NCBI GenBank assembly: GCA_973895155.1
Contig: OZ316895.1
Coordinates: 6,220,687 to 6,284,686 of the forward strand
Length of the DNA stretch: 64,000 nt
From: Marsupella aquatica
Taxonomy: Eukaryota > Plantae > Marchantiophyta
Direction: 5' to 3'
This document shows positions 26,770 to 40,618 of the stretch, in pieces; within the stretch, counting starts at the first letter, position 1; each line of letters opens with the position of its first letter. The notes below the pieces were generated by a model. It saw only the letters and a list, made by a program, of their open reading frames with translations. It was not told where the DNA came from and did not search any database. The position numbers and the translations under genes are program-made.

Positions 26770-29700
26770 ATGGGAACAGATACCAACGATCGAGTCAAGG
26801 AGGGTATGAGCAACGTCAATCAAGCGGCACATTTTTGGGGATGCCTGTTCAAACGGGCAACTGAGTACATTGGGACTTACGAGGACGAAGAATCAGAGAG
26901 AGCAGCTCGAGAATGGCAGGAGCTCGCTCGACTGTGGGAGCTGCAGAAGTCTGCCTTCTTAGGAGGAGAACTCATCAAGGCCGAGTTCTTGTGGACTCCT
27001 ACTGCCAATCAGCTCGATGACCTTCTGTTTTGCGAAGACAGAATCGTCGGCATTCAGGAAGCCATCAACCGCTGCAACGACGCGCACTGGGAGTTGAAGG
27101 GTAGCACGGAAGGGTGGACAAAGGCAACTGTGCTAGGAGAAACATCCACGGCAGCCGAGATGAAGAGGAAAGGAAACAACAACGAAGAGGCCACCCTGAC
27201 AAAAAGAACGAGGTCAGCGGCACCAAGGAAACCAACAGAGCAGCAGAACAGGAGGCAGGGAGAAGCCAAAGAGGAGGAGGTCGATCCCATCAATGCCATT
27301 CCAACAAATGATGACACCTGGAAAGGCTGGGCGGTGACCCTACCAGAGGAAGTGCAATTACATTTTGCACGGGAGGAGGATGCATGCTTTACGGCCATGC
27401 AGACCAAGAAGTATTAGGGCTTCATGGCCGGATCCGGCTTGGAAGCCTTCGTAAGATTACCATGGCTGAAGCTGGAGGTGCCGGACTCAGACTTATTAGA
27501 ATTCGTGGGATCATGGGAACCCGAGACCAATTCCACGAGGGTGTATGGGAAGGATTTCTATCTCACTCCCCGGGTGATTGCCGAGGTGTTTGGCTTGCTG
27601 ATGGGTAATAAGACCAAGGTTGATACCAGGAAGACCTTACCTGACAAGGAGTTCCGGTCGTTCCCAGGACCATCAACGAAGAATGGCTTCTTCCGGTGTC
27701 GTCGGGATGAATAATAGAGGAAGGGAAGTGAGGGCCCTATTTTTGAGTTGGAGGTATTTGGTGAAGGGATTCAGTTTGGGTGAGAGTTTTGTTGTTGTGG
27801 AAAAAGTTCAATAAGACAGAATAGGAATTAAAAAGAGAGAAGTGAAGCTTAGACTTAAGGAATTTGAGGCTTTTATTGTGGAAGAGACACGTGGCGGGCT
27901 GGGAAGTTTCGAATTTCATAAGGACATTGTGCACGTTGCAGTTGAGAGGGAGGTTAGAGTGAAGTTCGGAGGGAGATCGAACGGGAAGTGGGCGCGCTAG
28001 AGAGTTCGAGGTGAATAGATGAGAGTGGCAGTGAATGTGGATGGTGGCGATGATGAGTTTTAAGGAATTCTTGAGTGAAGGCTGACGCACACGGTAGTTT
28101 TGGAAGATTTTGGAGAGAGAATGGCAAGGGATCGCGAATGTTGTGGAAAGTATGTTTTCGGGTGATTGATGGCAGAGCCGGTAGTCGTGAAGCTGTGGGA
28201 GCGATGTGTGTGTGGCGATTCATTCCTGGGGAAGATCAAGGGAAAAGCGGACGAAATGGGGAGCAGGAATGAGAATTGAGAAGCTTAAATTTTCCTTGAG
28301 AAATGTCTTTGAAGATTCGAGGAGGGAGGAAAGGAAAATAACGGCCGATCGAAGAAGGAAGTTAGGGAGGAAGTTCGCGAGGAGTAGACAACGGAGAGTG
28401 AGGCGCAATCGAGGTTCAGGAGGGAGATAAGGAAAACGGCCGAACATGGGCAGAGTGTCGTGTGGGTTATTGGAAGATTTTGGGAAGTGAATGAAAAAGG
28501 GGAAGTGCTGCCGATCGTAAGAGCTGTTGGGAGATCTTCGGGGTGAACAGGCTATATTTGGTGAAGAAGAATGATCGTGGCAGGGATGAATTTTTCAAGA
28601 ACTCTGGAGTGAATGCTGAGGTGCGCGACAGAGTTTTGGGTGTGATAGAAGAAAATGGCTGGAATAAGGGAGTGTGTGGGTGGAGATTTGAAGATTTTCG
28701 GAAAGGCAACGAAGGACAGACAATTCTCATCTCGACTGTATTCTAAGCGATGAAGGACGAGGAGTGGAGGCGAATTTTCTTTTGAGTAGCTGCAATTTGA
28801 TAAGATTAGAGGAGATGGTAATGAGGTTCGGCGATGAGATGGTGCTGGCAACAAAAGCATGTGATTTATGTAGCGTGCACAGAAGGGGAGGTGGCGGGGA
28901 CGTGAGATGAGATGAGGTAAAAAGAGGAGAACGAGAATTTTCTGGGTCTCGGTTGAAGCGAGGTGAAGCAGATGAGATTATGAGATCAAGAAAAGAATTC
29001 GGAGGGCATCGCAGTTGATCTGGTGATAAAAAGGAACTCGACTGCAAGAGGCTGTGGTGATAAGAATTCCAGAGAAGTGTTTAAATTGACGTTCAGATTC
29101 TAGAAAAAGAAATTGATGTGAGAACAGTCGAACAGAAGCTCCAAGATACTATGTTCGTATGAAGATCTTCTTTGGTTACGAATTGAGACTAAGAGACTTA
29201 GTGCGATAGAAGCAGAACAGAGAAGAGACTGAATTCAAGATGGAGGCCAGGCAATCGTTGATCTAGTCTATGAAGTTCAGGAGTTCTGATGAAGAAATAG
29301 TGAGAAAGGGAGAGTTGCACACGTCTTCGTGGAGATCGACCTCGAAAAGAGGAGACTGGATTAGAGTTATGGTTGAAGGCCACATGCTACAGAAGGGTTG
29401 AGCTAATGTCGAATGGAGGTTGAAACACACTTGAGAGCTTGAAGAAAAGGGAGAAAGATGCGGAGGTGAGGTGGGCGAAAGAGAAGTTTGAACGTGGAAA
29501 GAAACAGTGTTGATGGAAACAAAACTTGAATAAGAAACGAGCACCTGAACATTGAACCTGAACATTGAACCTGAAAATGTAAAGGAACTGAATGCTGAAG
29601 AGACGAAGGTCGGACCTGGAAATGACTAAGATGTGTTATGAGAGGGAAAAACATCCTTTATCAAGACACATAAGGATGATAAAAAGAGATTACTCAAGGA

Positions 29701-32700
29701 GAATGAAGCCAGAAAATAGAGCTCTACGTTGTTAACCAGAACCAGAAGTAGGAGTAACCTTTTTCATGAGAATAATCAGAAAGTTCAGGTTGGAAGTATG
29801 GATTACATCTGTTTTCCTGCATTTGAAATTTTGGAGATTTGAAGGGAGCTACAAGTTGATCATGCTGCATTCATTTACTGAGTGGAATCCAGTAATTGGT
29901 TCAATATTTAAATTAGGAGTTGTACACTGTGGTTTTACTTTGGAGGAACTAGGAAGATAGACTTGGTAGAAAGGATTTTGAAGGCATGGGGTATGAAGAC
30001 AGCGGACGCAAGTTCTTTTTGCTTTGGGATTGGAAGCTTGAGGATAGAAAGAAGAAGAGCCAAGAAGAGGAATATAAAAGAAGCGATGACGTGAAAGAAG
30101 CCCGGCGAAGGTTAAAATTGTGTCCAACATGTTTGGGAGAGACCATCGATGAACCTGAAGCCGCGAACTGACCTGATGAGCTGAGTTTAGTGAGGAGACC
30201 GAGTTAGGAGATGAGCCACCAAAGAACACCTTGTAAACCTGAACCAAACTTCATATTTTGAAAATGATTGAAATAAAAGGATGACTTAAAAATTATTTTA
30301 TGTGATTGCAAAATGCCCTTGTGATAAAATTATTTAATTGTTATGAAAATGTGAGTGGTTCATTGAATTTAGATGAAAGTAGAAACTTAGTGTTTTAAGT
30401 TAAAATAGCTTAGTGTAATTTCATATTAAAAATGGAAACTGATTAGAATTAAAAAAGATTAAACTAACTTAAGAAAATACTATGATAAATCCAAGTCCCT
30501 AAAAATATTAAAAGGTCTACTTTTATACCGCTTTAAACTGGTCCCCGGACACCGGAACACCTACACCAACCCGCACATCGGAGAGATGATCGATTTCTTG
30601 CGGGTGACCATGCATTGTAACTTGCCGAGGGCAGAGATCGGCAAGGCTCAGGTCTACCTGGCAGAAAGGCCAGACCCCAGCCGGGATTACAACGGGTACC
30701 TCCTCAACCAACTGAAGAAAATATTGAAGGAGGAACAGCAGGTGATCGGCGTGGGAAGCGTGTCCCGGCTTGGCTATCACATGCCGCTGTTGTGCCGGTA
30801 TGCCAGAAGTCAATTCTTTGCCCCAGTCGGCAAGGGCACCGGAGGAGGTTCCGGAGCAGAGGCTGGCAACAGAAGAGCCCAACCAGCCTGTCAGTCCTAC
30901 GATCGAGCAGGTGTTTCGGCCAAGGAAAGAAGACTTGCCGATACAGCAATCAGGCATGCAGAATCTGCTGAAAATGCTGGAGAAGAAGAGAACGGCACCA
31001 GCAACGGCAACGGCACTGGTACAGGACACTGCCCCAGAGGCCAGCCTAAGCCGACTCACGAGGGAAAACCCCTTTACCGGAGCCAAGGAGAGAAGGAGGC
31101 CGGAACACAAGCTGGGAGTGTGAATGTATGTGGGAGCCTCAAGCCCCAATCAGAGGCAGAGCAGCCTAAGGCTCCTTCCCGCGGAGATCAGAGGGAGAGG
31201 ACAGCCTGGAACCGAGAGGAGGAACAAGGGCTCGTGATCTGTGAGGCCGTTTTCACGGCAGGACCAGGGGAACAGAGGGGGAAGCAGGGAGTCCAAGTAG
31301 TGGAGGAGGCCGTGGAGGACTACAGCAATGATAACTCCGGCTCTGGGTCGGATCATCATGTTCCAGGAGTAAGGACCTGTGGCCGATTTATCCCCACGCT
31401 TCCAAGAGTAGTTCGAGGGGACCCCACCCAGCAGAGTAGCCCCGAGTCTCCCTCACCAGAGGTTGCTCCCCCGAGCTTTGACGGCATAAAGCAGACGGCA
31501 CAAGACTTTCAGGAGCAACTCAGGGAGGAAGAGAGGGCAGCCCTGGCTAGGGAGAAAGATTTACCAGGAGGAGATTGGCCGGAGGACATCAGGCGGCTTG
31601 CCGAAAAAAGAAGCAACCCTCTTGCCACCGTAGAAGAAATCCGCAAGGCGGCTTGGGAACAGAGGCCGAGGTGGTTGTTGCCGATGACTTCTACTTACTC
31701 CACCTATGCTAAGAATAGAGCCATGGAGTATGGGGAGATGTATGGGGACCTGGCACTCAACATCTTTGGGGAGGAGTTGGAGCAGGGACCTTTCTTCCAG
31801 AGGGAGAGGTTGGAGAAGCACCGATTAGAAGAAGCGGTGGCTTTGGAGAGAAGCAAGAAGGACGAGGTCATCCGACGGCTTAGGGAGAAGGAAGCCGAGG
31901 TGGAAGTCCTGCAGGCGGCCAAGAAAGCCCAAGATGAGCTGCGGATTAAGTGGCATGAGCTAAACATCATGTAGGGGCAGTTGGATACCGCTCAGTCTGA
32001 CAATCAGATTACAAAGATAAACTGACTCGGACCCAAGGAGAGTTGGCCGGCGCAGTCAAGGAAAGAGAGAAATGGAAGCGGGAGCTAAGGGACGCAGAGG
32101 AGGCCCACTTAACCGCCAACAACCGGGCCATGGCGGAGACTCAGAGAAGGGAGAGGGCGTTGAAAGGAGAGCTCGAAGATATCCACGGAGCCCTTGAGCA
32201 GAAGGAAGCAGAGTTAGGAAATCATATCAAGGGATTATTGCACTGCAGCAGGAGCTTGCGTCCCTGACGACCAGCTTCAAGGCCGACCTGCGTGAAAAGG
32301 ACGACCAGCTCGACCAGACTTATGCCAAGATGAATAAGATGGAGTCTGTGGTCGTAGCAGAGCTCGACAACGAGCTAAGAGCAACCCAGGAGGAGAGGGC
32401 TACCTTAAAGAAAGAATTGGAGGAAGCCAAAAAGGAGTTGGAGGAGGCGTGCAAGGACCTGGACGAGACCCAGGACGAGTTGGAGGAAATCACGAGGAAG
32501 ATGGAGAATCTACAGCGGCGGGCCGACACCCAAACGGAGCGGCTGAAGAAACAAGCCGCAGTATTTAAATGCTTGGCTTCATCAGGTCCAACTCCAATTG
32601 GGGCAACCCAGTTACTAGGGGTAGTATTGGCCGAAGGACAAGCCGAGACACTCACCCCGGTGCCGGAGGTAAGTGGCAAGGGGAAGGAACCGGCTATCAA

Positions 32701-33076
32701 AATAGGGAAGAAGAAGAAGCGGAAACCTTCTAGGTCTGGGAGTTATACGGCTTCTCAAGCCGTTGTGACCGAGAAGATAAACCCGGCACCAACCTCCGGC
32801 ATCGGCACGGCGGTGGATCCACCAGTCCTAGGAAGTGGGGATGGCAAGGCCGAGGCCGGGACAACCAGTAATGAAGCCGAGGTACCAGATCCTCCACTAG
32901 AACATGTCGGGGAGGCCGTGGCCGATGCTGAGGCCGAAGCCGAGGGTGGACCCAGTCAGGCCGATGAAGAGTTGACTCGGTCCAGGGCAGGTAATCTGTC
33001 AGAGGACGGACCAACGACAGTGGTTGCGGAGGAAGCGTTGGGGGCGTCCATTGAGGACCAGCCACCAGGGTCGTGA
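26770..33076 (+). pseudogene. ~1150-codon accessory-type ORF of E (plant-transposon-protein-like domain plus coiled coil), split by F
   Basis: 26770-27696 is one frame with a single TAG at 27415; it rejoins in frame at 30556 (KNGFFR|NTYTNPHIGEMIDFL); coiled-coil segments ~31780-32560; basic patch KKKKRK; acidic tail; several stops and frameshifts. Confidence 0.75.
27697..30551 (+). mobile_element. Element F: 2855-bp probable solo LTR of a Gypsy lineage related to D
   Basis: Ends TGTCGT...CCCGGACA, the same terminal motifs as D's LTR read in sense; 4-bp TSD CCGG (27693-96, 30552-55); no long ORF. Confidence 0.8.
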
Positions 33077-33992
33077 CGGTGTAAGGGAGCCGTCCCTTTT
33101 AGGGAGGGCGGACGTGGAGGTAGGAGGCGTGAGTGGGCAAGGCGGGCGCTGATCTCCAAGTTTAGACTAAGGATCAGGACCAGGAGATGGCCTGACACTT
33201 AGATTAGTGGGATTGCGGATCCACGAGTGAGGGCGACACTTGTGCTCCTGCCTCGCTGTACATAGGTAGATTACAGTTAGGTAGATTACAGTAAGTAGAT
33301 TAGGCTTACGCTGCAAGGAATCAGGCGGATCCACAACCAAGATAAGTACCTGGGCTGCGGGGAGTTCAGGGCCTCTTCTTTAGCAAGTTTTTAGTTGCAC
33401 CAGCAGGGCTGGGATCAAGTAGTAAGAGAAGCTTTCGGTTAGTTATACAGTGACCCTTGTGTATATTCATGTTTCCTCATGCCTAAGAACTGAATAGAGT
33501 TGGCCTCACGGCTTAGTTCATAGAGCTTGTGTATGAGATGTACTGTTTGTATGGCAAGTGCATGGTATAACTCAGTCAGAAGGAGTCATTTTGTTATTTG
33601 TGTGTCGCATTAACTTGTGTGAAGAGTGCCCACATCAATGAAGGGAAGTAGCAAGGGAGTGAGAGATGGATGTGTCGAGCTGAGAGAGGTCTTAGCGGCT
33701 TAACCAAGCCAATTGGGGATCATTCCGGCGGCGGAATCCAAACATACCTAATGGAAGACCAGGAGAGGAATACAAGGGAGGGCCTAGAATAGGCCGGCTA
33801 AGTATCTCATGACCCGATGAAGGATCTGTCCAGTATATGTGTGTAAAATGTTAATAGTAGTAGTAGAGGAGATTAGTAGCGTCCCATGTCGCTAAGCTGC
33901 GGAAACGGCCTTATCGAGGACGAAACCTGTGGGAATCGGCTTGTGCGGGGGGTTTCTTGGGTTTGGGGTGCCATGGGACGCACCACAATCCT

Positions 33993-36900
33993 CCTCCAAG
34001 AGTCTATACAAACCCAGTTGTAGACCTCCTTGTATCCAGACAGCCTCCATAGTCAGAATCTACATAGCCAACTAACATGCTATTTGATCTATTATCAAAT
34101 AGTAGTCGGACATAGTCCTGTGTTCCCTTCAGATACCTGAGAATCCACTTCACAGCTTCCCAATGTACCTTCCTTGGATTTGACATGAATCTGCTAACCT
34201 TGCCCATCGCTAGTAAGGGCTAAGTCAGGCCTAGTACAAGTCATCAAATACATTAGATTGATTACTGCCTTCTCATAAGGAATCTTAGCCATCAGACCTT
34301 TCTCCACAGCATCCGTAGGAGAGAAAGCCGATGATAACTTGAAATGTGAAAGCTAAAGGAATACTCACTGGCTTACAATTCTCCATGCATGTTGAATCGT
34401 GCAAGTACTTTCCTCGCATACTGGCCTTGACTCAAGCACAACTGTCCAGTCTCAAAGTTCCTGAAAATCTCCATACCTAAGATCCTCTTGGCCTTACCAA
34501 GATCCTTCATCCTGAATTCAGCACTCAATTTTGCCTTGAGACTGTCAACCTCAGATTGATCTTTAGCCACAATCAGCATGGCATCCACATAGATCACCAG
34601 AATGATGAAACCAAATACATAATTCTTGACTGATTTTGTATACACACAAAGATCATACACCATCCTTGTAAAACCTTGAGCAAGCATGAAATCATCAAAC
34701 TGCTTGTTCCACTGTCTGGGAGACTACTTCAATCCATACAAGGACTTGAGCAATCTGCAAACTAAGTTCTCTTGGCCCTTCTTCATAAAGCCTAGTGGTT
34801 GTCTCGTGAAGATCATATCTTCTAAGTTGCCATAGAGAAAAGCAGTAACAACATCCATCTGATCCATCACCAGACCAAAAAACACAACAAGTTGACACAA
34901 GATCCGAATTGTGGAATACTTAGCCACCGATGAAAAGACCTCATTGTAGTCCACTCCTTTCTTCTGAGTGAACCCCTTGGCAACAAGCCTTGCCTTGTAG
35001 ATCTTTTCTCCACCCTCTGAAGGACTGTTCTTCAACTTGTAAATCCACTTGCTGACCTCTTGGAAGCTCCACCAGCTCCCATGTCTTGTTGTCACTCAAA
35101 GATTGCAACTCCCTCTACATTGTTGCATTCCACTCATGCTTCTACTGTGAAGCACAAACCTCACTGTATGAAGAAGGCTCTCCTTCTTCCAAGATCAAAG
35201 CCATGTCATCATCATCAGGTGCAATGTCAATATCATCTAGCTTAGATAAGTCTGCCCATTGACCATACCTGGTAGGAGCTCTAGTAGAACAACTAGAAGT
35301 TCTTCTAGTAGATGACTCAGGCTGATCTGCTGCTGCTGGTTGAGTTTGAGGTACCCTAGCAACAATCTGCTCATCTTGTTCCATCATAGGAACCAGCTCC
35401 AAGCCCGGAGCTTCTCCATCTCTCTTGTCATGAACAGCATCATGACTAATCTCCCCCTCAACCCGGTCCGGGATGGGAGATTTCCCCTTGTCAGCATGGG
35501 AGTCCTGAGAACTCTTCCCCTCCTTTGATGATCTGGATTCATTAAAGGACAATCTCTACTGACAATTAGCTTACAGGTTAATGGATCCCATAACCTATAG
35601 CCCTTCACACCTTTATGATAGCCAAGGAAAATGCACTTCTTCGACTTGGACTCCAGCTTGGATCGAAGCTGGGAAGGTGTAAGCACATAAGCATCACATC
35701 CAAAAATCCTTAGATGTGAGTAATCTGCTAGACGCCCGTACCTCATTTCAAATGGCGTCTTGAATCCAATAGAACTGGATGGAGAAAAAATTTACCAAAT
35801 AAGCTGCAGTGTTGACAGCTTCAGCCCAAAACTCATGTGGTAAGCATGATTGACTCAACATATCCTTGAGCGGTCCAATAGTGTTTGGTTGAGTCTTTCA
35901 GAAATACCATTCTGCTGAGGAGTATAACTTGTTGTGAGATGACGGGTAATCCCCTACTCCTTACAATACATTCCAAATTCACCAGAACTGTATTCACCGC
36001 CATTATCCGATCGTAGATATCTCACCTTATTACCAGTCTAATTCTCAACTTGGGCTTTCCACTCCTTAAAAGTGGCAAAAACATCAGACTTACTCTATAG
36101 AAAGTATATCCACACATACCATGAGTAATCGTCAATGAACGTGACATAGTATAACCGTCCAAAATGTGAGGGAGTAGGGGCTGGACCCCACACATCACTA
36201 TGTACATACTCAAGTACCTCCTTGATAGTATGAGTTCCAACTCCAAAGGGTTTCCTGTGCTGCTTCCCAAGCACACAATACTCACAAAATTCCAACTTAC
36301 AAGATTGCAAATTAGAAAGTAATCCTTTCTTCTGAAGAATAATCAAACCTTTTTCACTCATGTGGCCCAAGCGGAAGTGCCACAGCCGGGCCGTCTCCTC
36401 ATGAGATAAGGTTACATTGGCTTCATCACAGACTACACTGCCCTCTGAAACGTATAGATTGCTATGTCTCTTTCCCTTCAATACAACTTTAGTACCAGTT
36501 GAAACCTGAAGGACACCATTAGCATAACTCCACTGATGGCCATTTGCCTCTAAAACTCCAAGTGAAATGAGATTTTTCATCATACTGGGAATATGTCTCA
36601 CATTCCTCACGTTCTCACAGCACCATCAAACATCTGAAATCTTACAGATCCAAGTCCAACAACTTGACATGGGATTCCATTTCCCATCAACATTGACGCA
36701 TTGGAAACCGTATAAGAACTGAAAAATCTCTCCTAGAGCAAATGTGAAAAGTACATACACTATCTAGAATCCAATCATCACTACCTGGATTTGACACTAC
36801 GTTGAGAGCATAACCTTGACATCACAATATGTCATCATCATCGAGTAAATCTACCTCATGCGAGCTCGATGTCACGTTAGCAGATGCAATAGGGACCTTT

Positions 36901-37682
36901 ACTCGACAATCCCTTTTCATGTGGCCAGGCTTGCCACAATTCCAACATGCGAGAGGCTTCCTCTCTTACAATTTCCCTCTGGATTTAGATCTCCCCCGTG
37001 ATGTAGATCTAAACCTATTCTGTCCATTCATGCGCTGCGTTGGTCTTCCCCGGTTCACATTCAGCGTAGTGCCAGAAGAAGATGTTGTCTATGATTGACC
37101 TAACTTCTTCTGAGCATCATCAGACAGTAAAGAGCTCACCACCTCATTATACGAAATGGACTTAAGATCTCTATACAAGAGCACCTATTTCAAGCCCTGA
37201 TATGACGGCGGTAAGGAGCTTAGCAGAAGCAAGGCCTTATCCTCATCTTCAACTCCTTTTCCCAGGTTTGACAGATCTACCGCTAGACTGTCAAACTCAT
37301 CCAGATGATCCTGCATCTTGCTCCCTTCCTTGAGCCTAAGACTCATCAAGAGAGATTTCTTGTACAGCCGGTCTGACGCATCTTCCCGATAGTACTTCTC
37401 TCTTAGAGCCTTGAACAGTAACGCGCAATCCGCATAATCATCCAGTTGCTTGATGATGTGCGGCTTGAGATATAACATCACTGCATTGACAACAATCACC
37501 TGTTCCTGTCTCCACTATCTCACAAAAATCTCCTCCTCTCCATCATACTGCTCTCGCGATGAAAGCAGATGAGCTAAGCCCATGGCCCGTAGAACACCCT
37601 TCACTTGCTTCTCCCATAGCAAGTAATTAGTACGACCATCGTACTTCTCCACCTCAAACTTCACTCCTCCAAATCTAGCCAT
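33993..37682 (-). pseudogene. Copia C gag-PR-INT-RT, disrupted
   Basis: MARFGGVKFEVEKYDG; zinc knuckle CWNCGKPGHMKRDC (~36905-36947); WILDS protease; LWHFRLGHMSE; VHSDVWGP; YKARLVAKGF; QMDVVTAFL; LLKSLYGLK. Confidence 0.92.
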
Positions 37683-39606
37683 CTCCCTCTTCTTCCCTAC
37701 TACCGATAGCTCAGGTAGTAGTACAGCTTCCTCCACTGCACGCCGCACCGGTGATCATACCGGTGTTACAAGTTTCTCCTCAAATGGTAGCAGCTCCTCC
37801 TCAGACTCACCGTTTGACCATCGTGATCCTGAAGCTCCACCGATGCCAATTCTTCCAGTATCCTCCGAGTCACTCATATAAAATAATCACAAAAAAACAT
37901 CTTTTTTTGAAACTTCTCACAAAACTCAAAACTCACCACCACCGCGTAGCCCACAAAGCTAGGAGTCCAATACTGAAAGCCAAAATCAAAATCAAAATTC
38001 AACGGAAAAGTTATTCAAATTTTGGTCGGGGTGGGTAAAACCTTGGGAAACTCCCTCGTTTTGACCACCTCAGAGAATAACTGAATTACCAAGTACAACC
38101 CGTCGTTGGAATCGCAATGTGATCTGTGCGCCGCGTTGCTAACTCCAGTGGCAACGTCCTTGCCAAAAAAGAACCAAAAAAGTTATCGTTCGGCGGACGG
38201 AATCTTTGTCGGACGGCCAAAAAACAGCTCTCTATTTTTTGAGAATATTCTTGCATAGTCCGACAGGTCTCACAGGGGGCCATTCCCCCTGTCAGAGCGG
38301 TTAAAACGGAGGGCGGCAGGTCCCGACACAAGGAGAACAAAGCGGGAGGAAAAAACGGCTTAAAAAAGGGTCTTAAAGGGGGTCTAAAATGCGTTTTAAA
38401 GCCAAAAACACCCCGTATGGGGTTGGGGTCCAAATCCCGTATGGAAGCAGGGGATGCAGGGGCAAGCCTAAAATACCCCGTATAGGGGCTGAAATACGTC
38501 GTGCGCCGACGGTAAAGGAGGTCGCGTAGGGGAGAAGGGCCGCGCCTGAATGGGGGTGGCAAAGGGATCGGGCCGGGCCGAGGGCAGCCGACTGTTGTCA
38601 GCCGGGAAAAAGTCGCGGCTGCGACTCAAAAAAGGGCTGAGGAAGGGCGAACGTCCGGCCGATTAGCAAGGAGGGGGATAAAAAATCGGGCGGCTACGAA
38701 TTTGCAGCCGTGTACAATGAGAGGTGACAAGGAGTCGGGGCGGCTGTTTCTGCGCCGGCTGGCGCTCCAAAAATAGCCGCGGACAAGGAGAAAACCGGGT
38801 ATTGAAGGGGGATGCGGGAGGTAAGTACTGGGTATGGGCGGCCGGGGTGTGTATACACACAGAAAAAATCACACTATAGTAACCAAAAAATAAATTTGCC
38901 ACTTAAGTGAGAAAATCCCGAGTTACACACCTTAATTGCTGCAGTTTTCCACAAGAAAAGTGAATGCCGCCAACGGGAAAAGTTGTCAAATTTCACCGGC
39001 ACCGTCTGCAACTCCAGCACTATAAAAGCTTCCACCGCGACGCCTTCACTCCGCGTCAAGTGCCAATCCCGGGATCAAAACAACCGCCTCGCTGCGATCA
39101 AACTGTTGAGCCGTGGCACTTCGCGTCTCTTCCACTGAGTCGGACGTCACGAAGAGAAACCCGGTTCAGATGTGAACAAGCTCCATAGCTTGTGTAAAAA
39201 CCTGAACGCCTCCGTCACTCGTCACGTCTCACTCCGTAACAACTCAGCAGCAACTCAGTTACCAAAACGACCAGCTCGCTTCAACCTTCAACTTGAGCTA
39301 TAATGTGCGACCCCTCCCGCACCGCACAGCTCACACCGTTGAAAAATGTGAACTTTGGTCTCTCCCCCGAAAATACCGTCGAACACGAATAAACCCCTGA
39401 ATGACGCAAACTTCAATTCCTCCGCACCACGGAAACCGATCAGCGAGTTCTAACCACCGTTAGAAAGCCCTCTCACTAACCTATCCGCTCAGCCACACAC
39501 ATTCAAGTTTCATGCAACGAAACTCTGAATGTACCATCGACAATGAACGCTGGAAAACCTGTCACAAAAAAACCTTGTCAACTCCCATGCATGCTCTGAT
39601 ACCACT

Positions 39607-39950
39607 TGTTGAGCATAGACGACATTCGTAACGGCAAGCCCATGAACCATCCAACGCACAATAGTTGACTCAGAGAGATACGTGGTTCACCTCCACATGA
39701 GGCTACGTCCACAGGAACACACAAGAGCTTTACTGCACTCTAGGCCGACTGGCCATACCAAGCATCCACAGTACAAGCTCTCCCTATCTCTCAACTAGCT
39801 CCGTAATAATGAGCATAAGTTCCACTAGGGTCTGGCATCAGCCCTGGCTATATACACAATAGCACTACCACTAACATTAGCTAAGTCCTAACCCAAGTTA
39901 GCCTACCTGTAGTTAGCTCATGAGTCACAAGACTAGAGCAATATCTAACA
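39607..39950 (-). repeat. 5' LTR of Copia C
   Basis: TG...CA, adjacent to the iMet PBS. Confidence 0.95.
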
Positions 39951-40618
39951 GACAGCTCCTTCCTTGGGCGCGGCCCGGGTTCCTTCTCGTACCTATCCAT
40001 CACCAACTGACCGCCCTGACCTTAGGACATGCTCATGGCCCAAGTAGCGTAGCTTGTCCCAAGCTTGTCCCAAGCTTATCCCAACACGCCAGGACCAGAA
40101 CAGCCCCGACTCTAGCAACCACTCCCGGTTTGCCCCACTGATGGTCTAGGGGCGCACCCTTGGAACTCAGCCTCCACACCTACTTGGCTTTGCCTCCCCA
40201 ACGCAAGTTCCGTTGGGAGACTGAACGTGGTTTGGCTACTGTTCGGCAGGATTTGGCAAACGGGCGAGCTAACACCCGCAAACCATGAGAACCCATGGCA
40301 CCCCCAGACCCAGCTGAGCTTCTCAAGAGCTTTCCAACGCACCTAAGAAGTCCTCCAACGGACTTCTCGTTGGGAAGATATCGTCATTTCCGTTTGGCGG
40401 TTTCCCTTAGTGTCGCGACCGTTGCGGCTCACGACTTTGGCTTGCCCTTAGCCCCCAGGGAGACACCACTCCCCCCATATATGCTTCTGGCGACCTGTCA
40501 CCCCCAGACCAGCTTTGGTCCCTAAACATTTGGCCCCCAACCTGGATCCTATCGCGCATAATGGGCGCGCCACCAACTGGCAACGCCCATAACTTTCTCG
40601 TTAGGCATCCGCAAGCGG

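Larger units (their letters stand above)
26429..33987 (+). mobile_element. Element E: 4.7-kb (excluding F) TG...CA element with no LTR pair and no gag/pol, carrying one long decayed ORF
   Basis: Ends tgtgatg...caccaca; TSD ATCCT (26424-28, 33988-92); removal restores GGCISW in C; no direct terminal repeat, PBS or PPT seen. Confidence 0.88.
25513..39950 (-). mobile_element. Element C: full-length decayed Ty1/Copia LTR retrotransposon, related to A
   Basis: LTRs 25513-25839 and 39607-39950; TSD GACAG (25508-12, 39951-55); iMet PBS 39593-39604; PPT 25840-25851. Confidence 0.95.

Noticed and set aside
27697-30551. Element F as a Ginger-type DNA transposon (TGT...ACA, 4-bp TSD)
   Set aside because: No extended TIRs, and its asymmetric ends match the LTR ends of Gypsy D.
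37700-39590. GC-rich ORFs in the leaders of C (and A, 53600-55450)
   Set aside because: The DNA is homologous between A and C but the reading frames are not conserved; best read as long 5' leaders.
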